From the NCBI GenBank assembly GCA_051362555.1, contig CM120645.1:20088001-20152000 (forward strand): DNA of 64,000 bases, read 5' to 3'. Below, one piece after another: positions 29,549 to 42,100 of the stretch. The position numbers and the translations under genes were made by a program. Origin of the DNA: Lingula anatina. Lineage: Eukaryota; Animalia; Brachiopoda. Each line of letters opens with the position of its first letter. Positions within the stretch are counted from its first letter, which is position 1. Below the pieces are notes generated by a model that was given only the letters and a program-made list of their open reading frames with translations, had not been told where the DNA came from and searched no databases.

Positions 29549-31131
29549 TATATTAAGGCTCAGGTCTTCTTTTGTCCATACAAATTTGAAATACAATATT
29601 CCCTATTAAATACTTTATATATGGTAAAGGTATGTATTTTGACGGTATGGCGCCCTATCAAAGAACCTTTCTTTACAAAAACGTAGCAAAATATTAAATG
29701 GACGGTTAGGAATAATTGAAGATAACCACTTGCTTAATGGACTTTAAAGGTATCAATTCCAACTTTTCTCCAATTAGAGTTTGTTTTAATTTGTCTCTCT
29801 GCTCTTGGCTTTGGGTTTTAATAGTGGACTAGAACCATTTAGGCCTACTGTGCATGCCGTGTGAAAAAAGATCTGCCCAAGGGAATAGGATTTCTGAGAA
29901 CCGTTCTGTATGTTTCAAAATTATTTGAATATCTAAAAGTACAGATATCAGCAGGGCAAACTGCGGCATGAAGACTGCAGCGCCGCCTGGTTTTCTGCAC
30001 TAATGAGTTTTAAACAGAATTATGAAAATGATTGTCTTTTTGCAGCTTTGTCCCATCCAATTCTTGTTGTACGCTAGACAACAGATTGAAACATAATATC
30101 CGGATACTTTGGTACATCGGAATGTGGTATCTATTGGGAAATTAGAAATAAGACCCGGTTTGGCAGGCTCCTGCGTTTAATGTGCAATAAAACCACTTTG
30201 GAAGGTGAACTAAGGCGATTCGTTTTCCTTTTGTTAAAGGAGGAGAATGGATGTCGGATTAGGTTAGCACTGGACACGTTTTGAGGGAAAACTGTACAAG
30301 AAAACAGCACATGCAATTTATTTAGATCCCCAAAGTAGGGAAGAGCAGTCAAAAAACATGCACCAGAAAAACCAATAAAAAAGTGAGGAACAAACAACTA
30401 AATGCATTACATTCACAAATTTCGAGACACTAAAACAAACATCGAAACCCCTTGAAGCGCTTGAACTGATATCCCCAGAGAAATCAGGAAGAACTGAACA
30501 TCAGCGGTTGACTGTCGTATTGCCTTAATAAGACGCCCAATATGCGCTGCTTAAAAGTTGTTCAGAACCACTGCAACGTCTGGTAACGAATCACAATTAA
30601 ATAGTCCTACAACCACCAAGATATTAGACCTCCAACTACAAGAGTCGATATTAAAGATAGTCCCATTGCATTAAGAAGATATCTTGGGCCACTCATTCAG
30701 TGTAAATGCTACGAACTTATAAAAACGTTTGGAGACCCTTTATTGAATTCGCGTTACCCGAACACGAATGTCCCTGGCTATTTATCATAAGAAGGCGTTC
30801 AACCGTCATTGCTCCGAATTAAGTTTTCTGCTAGTGGATTTATTTTCTCAGGGAACTGGAGACACAAATTAACGGCATACTTCTGACTTGAATGTAGTAT
30901 CTCAACGGGGAGTTAGACAATCAAATGTATTCGTCATGTATTGAATAAATACTCTAGATTCTATTTTCGTGGGATTCTTTTGAAACGAATTGATATACGA
31001 GTGTTGGTCACTGCTTAAAAGTTAGGAAACTTTTACGGACAACTGTAGAAAGGAAAGCGGGGTAATCATTGATACATACACACAATTGCAAGAGTTTCTC
31101 TCGCTCTCTCTCTCCTTTTCTCTCTCTCTCT

Positions 31132-31167
<36 letters not shown>

Positions 31168-33187
31168 TTATAAGGACACCCTATGAATTACGTTCCTATG
31201 CTGGAAAAACCGTCTGCTCAACTCCATTAGTGGAATCCTTTAGAATATTGACGAATTTAAAGAGCAATTTGTTCTGACTTAACATATGACGTGGTTCGGA
31301 AAAATATCGACAGCTTATTATCTGAATGAGTGAAAGGTAATCATTGCTATGGCAACGGGTGAAAAGCAGACGACAGGCAGGAACAGATTGCCCGAGTTGA
31401 CGAGACTGCTGGACAGGTTTTCTTAATGGGATGTTTTTTTTTACTCAGAAAACCCTAATACTAGATTACATTTGTGTCTTTTTCTTTTACCCAGATAATA
31501 TAAATTTCTTTGATAAAGACACTGACATTTCCCTCATGCCTTCTTGGAATTTAAATTTAAGCTTAACATTTGAATAACCGGAAATGATTCTGAAAGAGTA
31601 TGCATTGGGTCTCCGGTGTGATAAGATACTATTAATTAGTCCATCTTTTTAGGGACAATTGAATACTCGCCATCCCATACTTTGTGAAATACGTCCATTA
31701 CAAACAGACGTGACTATTTTTCTAAACGACGTTTAGAGTCGGCATTAGAATTGTCATGAGACGAACGAAACCTATTTTATAATACATGTGTATTAAAAAC
31801 TGTGGACAACAGGTTTGCATCACAAACAAAACATATTCAATAATAGGCCTACATGCGAATTGAAACAGTAGCCTACTGTTCTGAAAAGCTTACATTTCTT
31901 TAGACTCAAGCGTATTAAAGAGAGTTTAATAACACTGCATTATAATATTCATATTCTTAACAAAGACAATCTCCGGCAGGCTTGCCTCCGAAATTTGGTG
32001 AGAATTGGTAGCCGTGAAAACTGTTTTCTGAAATAAATCTGTGATATACTTTATAGATGGCGGAGGAAACTTCTGTACACAATTTGCACTTGGTAGCGAT
32101 AATTAAACTCCACTGTGATTGGTGTATTTATAGAAAGAAGGGTACAGAAAAATAATCAAGCTTAGATAACATGAAAATAAAATACAGTGCGCTGTCATAG
32201 CTGAGACACAGCACTCATTCAACAGAGTCAGCGCTCGGAAATTCGCAAGGCGGGGGACTTAGTTAACCCATTTGCACAGAATAACTAGACTCGTGTGTCG
32301 CATATGAGGCATGCTGAATTGAACTTAACTTTGGAAAAATTACAAACGCTGCAATAACCACAAATCTCTGGTAATTCAAGTCAATGTTTCAATAGCCGCT
32401 GCATGAGTAAAGAGGTTAATTTTCCAGTACAAATTTATAAAACATTCGGAATAGGAAAACAAATCTTAATAAATATCGAGTAGTGGAAGGCGTAAAAGGT
32501 ACACAAACAAAAAAGAAACCCTAAAAGTGCATTAATCCATTTACTAAGCGTTTATGCATCCCCTTAAACTCTTAATGGGCTTCATTCTTAATGTTGTCAC
32601 AAACTGAAAACGCTTGCGTGTCTCAACAGCGTAGAAAAGCCATATGGATCAGAGAGTGCAAACGTAATTTTCAAATGACCAATTCTTGATTAAACGAAGA
32701 TCACCTATAATCTGGCGTAGAATAGATAAAAATAAGGAAAAAGACAACGCACAAGTGTTCATGGTGATAACACTGGAATAAGGATACTCGTAAAATTCTT
32801 ATACAACAGGGCAATAGGCTTAGAAAAATAATGCTGGGGGTGGGGAGGGGGGGCTGTTTCAGGTCTGTTATATACCTGTAAGTGCAAGCAGGTCAACTGC
32901 ACTACCTGGAGTACCCATCTGGACATTGACTGAAAAAACCTTAGAGACCGCTGAAGTACTGGGAGAACGAAAATGGCCAACGCTTTCTAAAGAGCCCCGA
33001 AATACTCTAAAAAAAAAACATCCCCGCAGCCTACGACCCTGAAGATATTCATTAACACGTTGACGACATTGTCTACAGACAGACGTTCTCTACAGTTTAA
33101 ATCTCTGGCACAACACATTTCTTTACTTCTGACCAGACACAACGGGCCTGAAGTCAAGGGTTTTAAGTGAAAAGGCAAACCATCCTA

Positions 33188-33398
33188 TGTCAGAGGAAGA
33201 GGACCCAGACTACGCTCTATGGGGCAGTCCCTGCAAAAAAGTCCTAGAGACATCCAAGACATGGCACGAGACAGGGAAGTTTCTCTACTCCATGTCAAAG
33301 GAAGAGGACCCGGGCCTCGGTTTTTTGGGGCAGTCCAGTCGGTAGAATAGATCTCAAGACAATTAAGACGAGGCATGAGACAAGGAAGTTTCTCTACT
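33188..33398 (+). repeat. Degenerate tandem duplication, ~105-bp unit
   Basis: ATGTCA(G/A)AGGAAGAGGACCC..GGGGCAGTCC..GGCA(C/T)GAGACA(G/A)GGAAGTTTCTCTACT occurs twice. Confidence 0.8.
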
Positions 33399-35132
33399 GC
33401 TTCAGATAACAAGTCAGCCGGCAAAAGCACGCGCTCATTTTCATGTTCAATGAAGGATTTCGTTCTCAGTTTGAGTAAACTGAATCGCAAAACTTTTTCC
33501 ACTAGTCTTAAAACCTCCCCTCAGAATCTCTCAACTCAAACATTACAGTTTATTTCGTAATTGGCAGAAAATAATTCAATTTGACAGATCACTAATTTTA
33601 CTCTTCTAAACCGCCCTAATGACGTAACATAAGTAACAAGTAAACTTTGAATGTGACTGAATTAGTGCGTCAATTGCGGATTATTTACTTACATAGACAA
33701 GTCATGTAATGGATTTCTTTGCTTAGTTCAGAAAAGCGAGGGTATAAAACGCCAGGAAAAACAGTAAATTGGCGTGAAATACAATCAAATCATTTAAACA
33801 GATGGTTTTTTCAAGCGCAATCCTCTACAGGCTTTTTCTTTCATTGAACAGCAAGCACGCAAGTATCGAAAGCCATTAGTTTAAGGTTCCTCACCCTAAA
33901 CCGTTAATCACTTCTGGGAATAGCAAATAAAAGAAAAACGTTTAGGTTTATTGTTTTTCCTTCAAGTGCATGTTTATTTTTATGAAAGTAATAAATTATG
34001 CATTTTTAATTATCGGTTATAAGCTCATCATATTGGTTGATTCTACACGTACAAGATGACCATGCATTTTACGATGTTACACCAAAAGGAAAAACGCTAA
34101 CATTATGAATGACCATATTTTGTTTTCGGATATTTTAGCTGGAAAACGGCCCGTAGTAGTTAAATAATAAATGAATTGCCTTCATACATTGGCAGAATTT
34201 ACAGCTCTGTTCCTCTAAGTGAAAATGGAATACTCACCATTTCTCTCTCTGTCAGTTTCCGCTCATATAGTAGACGTCCATCACGTTACCTTTTCAGCGC
34301 AAATGAAACAAAAAAAGGCTTTCTCTGTCGCTATGGGGGATCACGTGACCAGCACAATACACGCGTGTAATGCGTGACGTCATAAAAGTGGAGGTTCTGT
34401 TGAGACAGCGCCAATTCTGCTGCGTTATGAGTGGGTCGCACAGCAGTATGCTCATTTCATTTCTCAATGCTCCTTTCTAAATAGGAAATCGAACGGTGCT
34501 TGCATGACGATTGAATGCACCAAGTTTCAGGGACCGCTTGCGCTGTATATTGTTTTATGTATAGAGTCATTTGCACTCCCAGTAGGAACACTGAATCCTG
34601 AATACGTCTTGCGAAATGGGATTAAAAAAATAATGATGATAAAATAAAAAAGACATCAAAAATGTTTCAGAACAGAACGTGTTACATCAATGCATTAATA
34701 AGTAATTATTTTAATATTGATCATTCGCAACAACAAGAGCACAACTCTCACAGCGGTAATGTGAGGACGTCACACTGGTTACGTCGCCATTAGTGATATG
34801 GAGGCAAGAAGGCCGCTTGTTTTGTTGGAAAACTTGAAAAGCGCGCTTGAAAATAAACCGTCCTCGTTCATTTTTCGTTGCAGTCTAACTGACATCCATT
34901 CGTCTTTGGACTTCTCTCTCCAGCAATCTACTCTCTACCAGTCATCAACGAGATAATGACGTCATTTTTTTTTTTTTTTTTTGCAAAAAGTCTTGCTGGG
35001 CAGAAAAAGTGCAAAGACTTAGCCCGAAAAATATCTGTAAATAGGCTATCCAGTGAAAGGAACTCTATTACCTTAGTAGAGAACAGAAATTATGTGCATC
35101 GAGTCAAAAACAAAGCTGATCAGAACGATTTC

Positions 35133-35134
<2 letters not shown>

Positions 35135-35169
<35 letters not shown>

Positions 35170-35212
35170 CGTGCGAGCGTGCGTGCGTGTGTGTGCTACA
35201 AGGGGGGGGGGG
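35135..35212. repeat. (GT)n/(GCGT)n microsatellite plus G-run
   Basis: Directly visible. Confidence 0.95.
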
Positions 35213-36036
35213 TTAGTAGGTGTACGTATTAGAATTAAGAGTCAGATTGTTGTTGCATTTAAATTTTCTGAATCATGTAAGATTTATTTTTTGTTATTTT
35301 TTTCAGATTGTTATTGTGTTAAAATTTAAGGAATCGCGTGTGATTTAATTTAATTTCCAAACATCATATCAGAGCAAGACATTTACATTACGAATATTAA
35401 CAGTAAATAAACCGGGCAAAAGTGCGCATTAATCGCGGAAAGCCTACTTCATCCCTTTCGGCCCTCATTTCCTCACTCAAAAATGGCACAAGGAAAAGAA
35501 CGCATCGAAGCGCAGAACCTGAGTGTATTCAGCGCTCGCACGCGATACAATCAGTTGCTGACCTTTCATTTAATTGCCTCGAAACAGATTAAATCGAACT
35601 GATTTGATTAGAGCTTTGAGAGGAAAAAATATCATCTTTTCTATCGTTAAATTGCTGACTTTCCAATTGCTTACACGGCTGAGCAAATCTTGACGCGGTA
35701 AAGTTTTAAGTAAGCTTCAGGACGTAAAGTTGATAGTGGCAATCAGTTTCAGCTCTTCTGAGTGCAAGAACGGTCTGTGTGGCAAGAATGTTTTTACAGC
35801 ATAAAAAAAAAAATCAATATTGTCACGAGTCACTGACGCTGAATATTCAATAAAATTCCCACATGCTACTTGACAAGTTTTGTCTATAAATGAATAAATA
35901 AATCACAGTTTTCTTTTACTCAAATAAATTCAAAATTAAAAAAGGAAAAAGACATGATTACCGAATGTTGCCACACAACATATCACTTGCGGGACCCTTG
36001 GCAGGAAATGCATCGACCTCCCCCCCCCCCCCCCCA

Positions 36037-37899
36037 ATCAAAATTTTCACTAAAACCGAGTTGGTATAGAATTTATATTTTCTTTCGTGTGCATATCAAA
36101 CGCAAGCAACGAACACATCTGACTAACAAATCTACCTGAACAAGGTGAATGACCGTGGACTAAAAGCCAGAGAAAATGTGACATTTTGCAACAGGAAATA
36201 ATTTCACTGTAAATAAATAAATAAATAAATATAGATAATATATAAGAATAATGAATAAAATAAAAGTATAAAAGGCAAAAAGAGAGAAAACTAAGTCTCT
36301 TTCCATTCCTGTACCATATGTATTATTGCCGACACAGCGGCAAGTATGTAGGCATGATATTATATTTTATATTTATATTCTTATGTTTAACAACAGAATG
36401 TGTTAGGAGTGACAGTGGTTAAACTTCTCAGTATAAGTTAACGGTTTTCATTTGTCATGGATTAGAGTAATATTGCCCTTGTCTACTGTTTTTATATTTG
36501 CTGAACAAGGTGGAGATTTTAATCCTTATGTCCGCCCCCCCACCCCCACCCCCCTCTCCCCAACAAGACACTGGAATCGCCTGTACATACCTAACGGTTG
36601 ACAGCACGTCAGGAATGGAAGTGCAGGGCACCATATAATAAGTGCAGCTTATGGTAAGCCGAAGTATCGCGGTTAGTGAATAGGGGAATGTCAAATGGGA
36701 AAACGGACTGCGGATCACAGCAGACTAACACTCCTGTCCCGCACTATATTGGTATATGAAACTATTCCCTTCCCCAAGTCACCCTTTCTATGAAACGAGT
36801 GGTCCGGGCTAACAAACAAATACATACCAATCCCTCGCATAAAATTTGAATTTGCTCAATGTCGTACAAAAATGAGCTTTGCGATTCGTTTAAAATGATG
36901 CCATAAGTCTTTGAAATTCATTTCCTGAAAGAAAAAAAGAGAATAATCGATGGACCTTCTGTCCAATTACCAAGATCACTTTGACTTACCTGCCTCAATG
37001 TCCTCAATGTCCAATAAAGGTCCATTTTATTTCGTTTTTACAAACAACAACCCCACTGGTGGTGCATACAAATTACAATTTTATTTACAAGATGCATAAC
37101 TTTATTACACAAAACGGCAGTATATCGCAGACTTAACAATCTTTCTTTCAGTGTAAACTACCCAGACCGGTGTAAAGAGACCGAGGACCTGTGTAACTGG
37201 AAGTCCGCTCTCCATTAAATTCATGCAGGTTAGGATTAGCCCAACGTAAGTCGCTCAATCTCTAAAACGGTGCTTATTAGTTAAGCCTCCTTTACACTGG
37301 ACGACGTCCTTTCTGCCTCCCGTAGTAAGACCCCGTATGAGAGTACCAAAAAAAAAAAAAATAAAATAAAATAATAATAATAATAAATAAATAAATAAAA
37401 ACACGTGCCGACAACTGGCGGATCATTGGGCATTAATTTTGCAACCAAAGAGATGCTCGTTCCTCCTTTCTGCGACCCCAGTGATGCCAGTTTCATGTTC
37501 ACACAAAGAATGCAGAAAGGACACTGTCCAGTGTAAAGTTTTTTTTTGTCTGTATAAATCAATGGGAACCAGACCCTGTACCACAACAGACTCTCTCTCG
37601 TACCCGATTCCAGTAACAAGTCTCCCAGGCTTTATTTCTCGACCTCCCTCTCCCCTTCCCCTCGTAACGCAGAAATTCGTCTTAACACGTTTTAAAATAT
37701 TACTATTCACGGTACCCAACCCGACCACATCAAAATTTTCACTAAAACCGAGTTGGTATATAATGTTCATTTTCTTTCGTGTGCATATCAAACGCAAGCA
37801 ACAGACATATCTGACTAACAAATCTACCTGAACAAGGTGAATGACCGTAGACTAAAAGCCAGAGAAAATGTGATATTTTGCAACAGGAAATCATTTCAC
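36037..37899 (+). repeat. ~170-bp direct repeat pair (36037-36207 and 37729-37899)
   Basis: ATCAAAATTTTCACTAAAACCGAGTTGGTATA...GCAACAGGAAAT occurs twice with few mismatches, 1.7 kb apart. Confidence 0.9.
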
Positions 37900-39188
37900 A
37901 ATGCAGCACGTCCTATCTGAGGAGAAAAGCACTTCCATGGTTTCTTCAATCGTTCAGCTAAGATTACAATTATTGTTCTCCAACATTCTAGTTTGCCAAA
38001 TAAGAGTCTGTAAGGAGCGATGGAGAACAATTTTCCTCAGCCGATCGATGAAGAAACAGTTTGCATGAAGGCCTTTTTTTTTCAACAGTTGCAGTGAAAC
38101 ATACCACATTAAATAAATTAATCAACCCGACAAGCAATTAAAATCTTTCAAAAATTCAAAAATGATCTATCTCATTCTTAAACTATAATAGCTGGTATGC
38201 ATTATTAGAGATCTTGGTCTCAAAAATGATGAAATGTCTATTCAAATGCAGAAGAAAAAAAAAAAAAAAAACTGCCATTCAAATAGCATATGTCATTTAG
38301 TCAATGCATTTACAGATAATGACTTATAAAAAAAAAAGTTATTTCATTTCACTTGGATGAAATATTCCTCCTGTTTAATGAAAAGAAATGGCAAATGTGG
38401 TACACCAATAGTAACTTATTCCTAGTGGACTACTTAACATTTACCCAAAAGTTGCAGTCTTAAAAACTAAGACCTGGGGTCCCTTTCACAAAAAGGGCCA
38501 AGTTCTTGGGCTTAGACTGCTAAAATCACATCAATAGCCAGCCACGCAAAGTTGACTTTAGCTTGTGATATTGCTTTAAGAGCTTCATAATAAATACATT
38601 TCACATACTATAAATTAAGAATCTATGTAAAGAGAATTGCAATTTGGTCATTAGAATTTGCCAAAAGTTAAAAACAAACAAACGAAAAAAAAAACCGAGA
38701 TAAACTGCCTGGTACACTCTTTTATATACAACTTAGTAAGTGAAGTCTAAGTAAGGTGGAAAACTGACCCAAAAACTTATTCTTGACTTGCCCTTCAAAA
38801 AATCGACAGAAAATGTCTCAGTAAATTTTCAAATTTGAACGGGCATTGTAGAAGTATGGCAGCTTAAGGTCTGTACACAAATGCGATATCATGTAAACTT
38901 TGGCTTGTCAGCGTAAACAAAATGTACTGAACGCATCGAAAACAAGCATGAGAATGCTAAGTTTTATACTATGCATCAGACGCTTCATTTTAATTGACAC
39001 CACAGTGTGTTAACGTTGGGCATGACAGGAAAACCAGCGAAAAAAAAAAACATGTACTTGAAGGCATTGATTTCTTGAAGGGTGAGTCTACACTTTTTTG
39101 AAAAATCTGACCCCAGCCTTCTGTCTACAGTTCATCTGTGAAACCAGCCCTGTGATTATAAAGTCCATCATTAAACTAGTCCAGACTG

Positions 39189-42100
39189 TCATTGAAATTC
39201 CTTCTCAGTACTTGATCCTCCTCCGAAAAAGCTAGCAAATCCAGAGGGTGCTGGTCCTAACTGACTGGGGTCTTCTGGCATCTGTTCTAATGGACTCACT
39301 GGAAGAAGAAGGAAAACACCATCATCACATTGTGTTAGGTGTGACTTGATGGGGCAGAAAACAGACTTGTGAATGCATTCAAAGATTCAGCGTGGTGGGA
39401 CAGAATTGTCAATGTATTCAAAGTGAGGCGGGGGGGGGGGGGGGGGGGAGGGGGGGGGGGAGTGGCAGGGTGATTTTAAATATGCTTGAATACACAGGAT
39501 ACATACATTTTGGATAATTTATACCCCAATACTTAAGTCAAAATCGTTAAAATTTTCAGGAATTGGTTTTTGCTCTATATGGTCAAAGGTACACTGCATG
39601 CTTTTTTATCTTCCAAATTGGTGTTTAATTCACTTGCTTTGCCAAACTTACCAGGTTTAAACTGTTCTGCACTCATCTTAGTCATGGCTATACTAACTCC
39701 CTCTATTAGAGCTAGTAATACACACCCTACAACGAGTCAATACATAATATTTATATTTCACAAACCAAGTTACTTTTTTTACTTATTTGTTGAACTTTAT
39801 AATTTCAAATGAAATATAAACAGAAAAAAATAAGGTTCCTTTCTGATCTTTGTGACATAGTATTTCTTTACTCTTGAAATTCAAAATAAAGCATAAGCTA
39901 TTGGACAACCTCAAACATAGTTTTCCCCCCTAAAAAGATAAACTCACTGATAACTGATCAATCATACTACTTTGACAGAAACAAATATAAAACAACATCG
40001 CTCTACAGTCCTCCGCTTATCAAATTCTTAACAATGAAAATAGTTTAAGAAAAAAGACACCACAAACCTATTACTGCTGAGCCGAACATTGCAGTATAGC
40101 CCTCTGAAAAACAACAAAACAAAGTGACTGTGTGAAAATCTGTGTTCAAACCACTGCCTAATATGGCTGTAAAAGGCAGTGCATTACTGGCAAAACCATC
40201 ATTCATCATTATTATTACTATTATCATTATTTAGTTTGTTTTTTTTTGTATCCCTGCCTTTAAAAAGTTCAAAGCCTACTATTAGCATTTGAATTTTCAA
40301 GTTTACAAATAAGAATGACGTTGACATGGCAAAGACTTCAGACCCAATGCCATTTGTCTTGAACAGAAGGTTCAAAACATAATCAGAACAAAGTGTACGT
40401 ATTAGAATTAAGCTTGAACATTAAAATAAAGAAGAGAATTATCTGTAACAAACTGTCAAATTTACTCTCAGTCAACAGAACACATGTATTCCTCAGAGCT
40501 GAAACTTCACAATCCTGACAGCTTTTCACCTGCCTGTGAATGAAAGAACTGACAGCATATAAAGTGGCAACTGATGCTTCTAAAATATTACAAACCAATA
40601 CTCACGCCTAAATGACAAAACCGCTCCAGTCACACCTCCACTTATTATGGCGTTCCATGGATCCTCCTTCCCCCGAAGAGCCACCAATGCACAATCTGTG
40701 GCTGAGAATGTGAAACCCCACTGAGCGAATGCTCCTGAAAATTAAAGTGGACATATTAGATAGCATTATAAGGCTGAGAAAGCGAAACCCCACCGAGCAA
40801 ATGCTACTGTAAAGTATTACAAAGTGAACACAATCATTACATATGATAACAATACATGACTGAAAAGTGAAACCCTACTATGTCAATGTTCCTGGAAATT
40901 ATACTGAATGATAACTTTATGTGACTGAGAAAGTGTAACCCTGATGAGTGAATGCTCCTGGATGTTTTAGAAGATAGCAATTGTGAGGGAAGGAAATCCC
41001 CGTCCAAGCTCACTCAGAAAAATACCAAGTACAGGGTGGAGGTGGGACAGCACATCAGGCACCTGCGACTCTAGCCTCCACCCACCCCCTACCCAATGAC
41101 AGGCCCACACTTGTATAAGATAGCAACTATGAGGTATGGATATCCCCAGCCGAGTTCACTCGAATAAATACCAGGTATATTTCACACACTTATGGATGGG
41201 TGGGTGGGGGTAGCACAACAGGCACCTGCCCCTCCCTTCACTTATGAGGTAGTCGCTTACCCCCTCTGACAGACCCACAATTACTGTAACTGACCTATTA
41301 AATGGGCTGCTTTCAAAATACGATGGGCCAGCATTAGGAACTTACTAAAGACAGAAATTATAATAATGGGAGCAGCCTTTACTTTTTTTCATTTTGAGAA
41401 TACAATTAGTATCAGTTTCTTGTTAAGAGTGGTTCTTGTCTGTAGTGGTTTTGTTTTAGAATAGGTCACAGGCTATATATATATATAGTATATATAGTAT
41501 ATATACTCACCTCCAGTCTTTGGAGCGTTTGTAGTTACTGACATAAAACCTCCCTTCAACCTACTTCCCTAAAATATGGATGAGAAAATGTATATTAATA
41601 TATCCTCAATGTACATTTTATTTCATCATAATACTTTTGATAAACAATTTATTTTATTCTCATTTAGTAAACTTAATTTATATTATTGTACAATCTAACT
41701 TTTTAAGTTGCAAATAAATATTATTATTTTTTTCATATATTTTTTTTAAGTCATTAGCCACAAATCTGGATCTGGTTGTATCAACACTGAATATAGCATT
41801 CTCCTGCGGATTAAACTGTCCATTTCAACATGACAGCAATATTATTCTGATATCTGAGGTTGTCTTTCGACCACGCGACCTCCATTGATGGCTATACTCT
41901 GTTATAATCTCTTAAGAGATTTTAACAAAAAAACAAACTTTTTAGAAAAAAAAAAAACAGGGACTAACTTTGAATGTAAAAATGGATTTTCCTGGATTTT
42001 TGGCCGAAACGAAGAGTTATTATCCCTTTAAATACATAAATATCTAGCATTTGTGAATTACTTTATTCACAAGATAGCTGGTGAGAAACAAAAATCATTG

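Noticed and set aside
38473-39152. Further MITE-like ends (C[A/T]GGGGNC..TTTCACAAA; also near 13375, 16686, 49946, 54117-54269, and a different end at 2680-2923)
   Set aside because: Termini are too degenerate to define element boundaries confidently.
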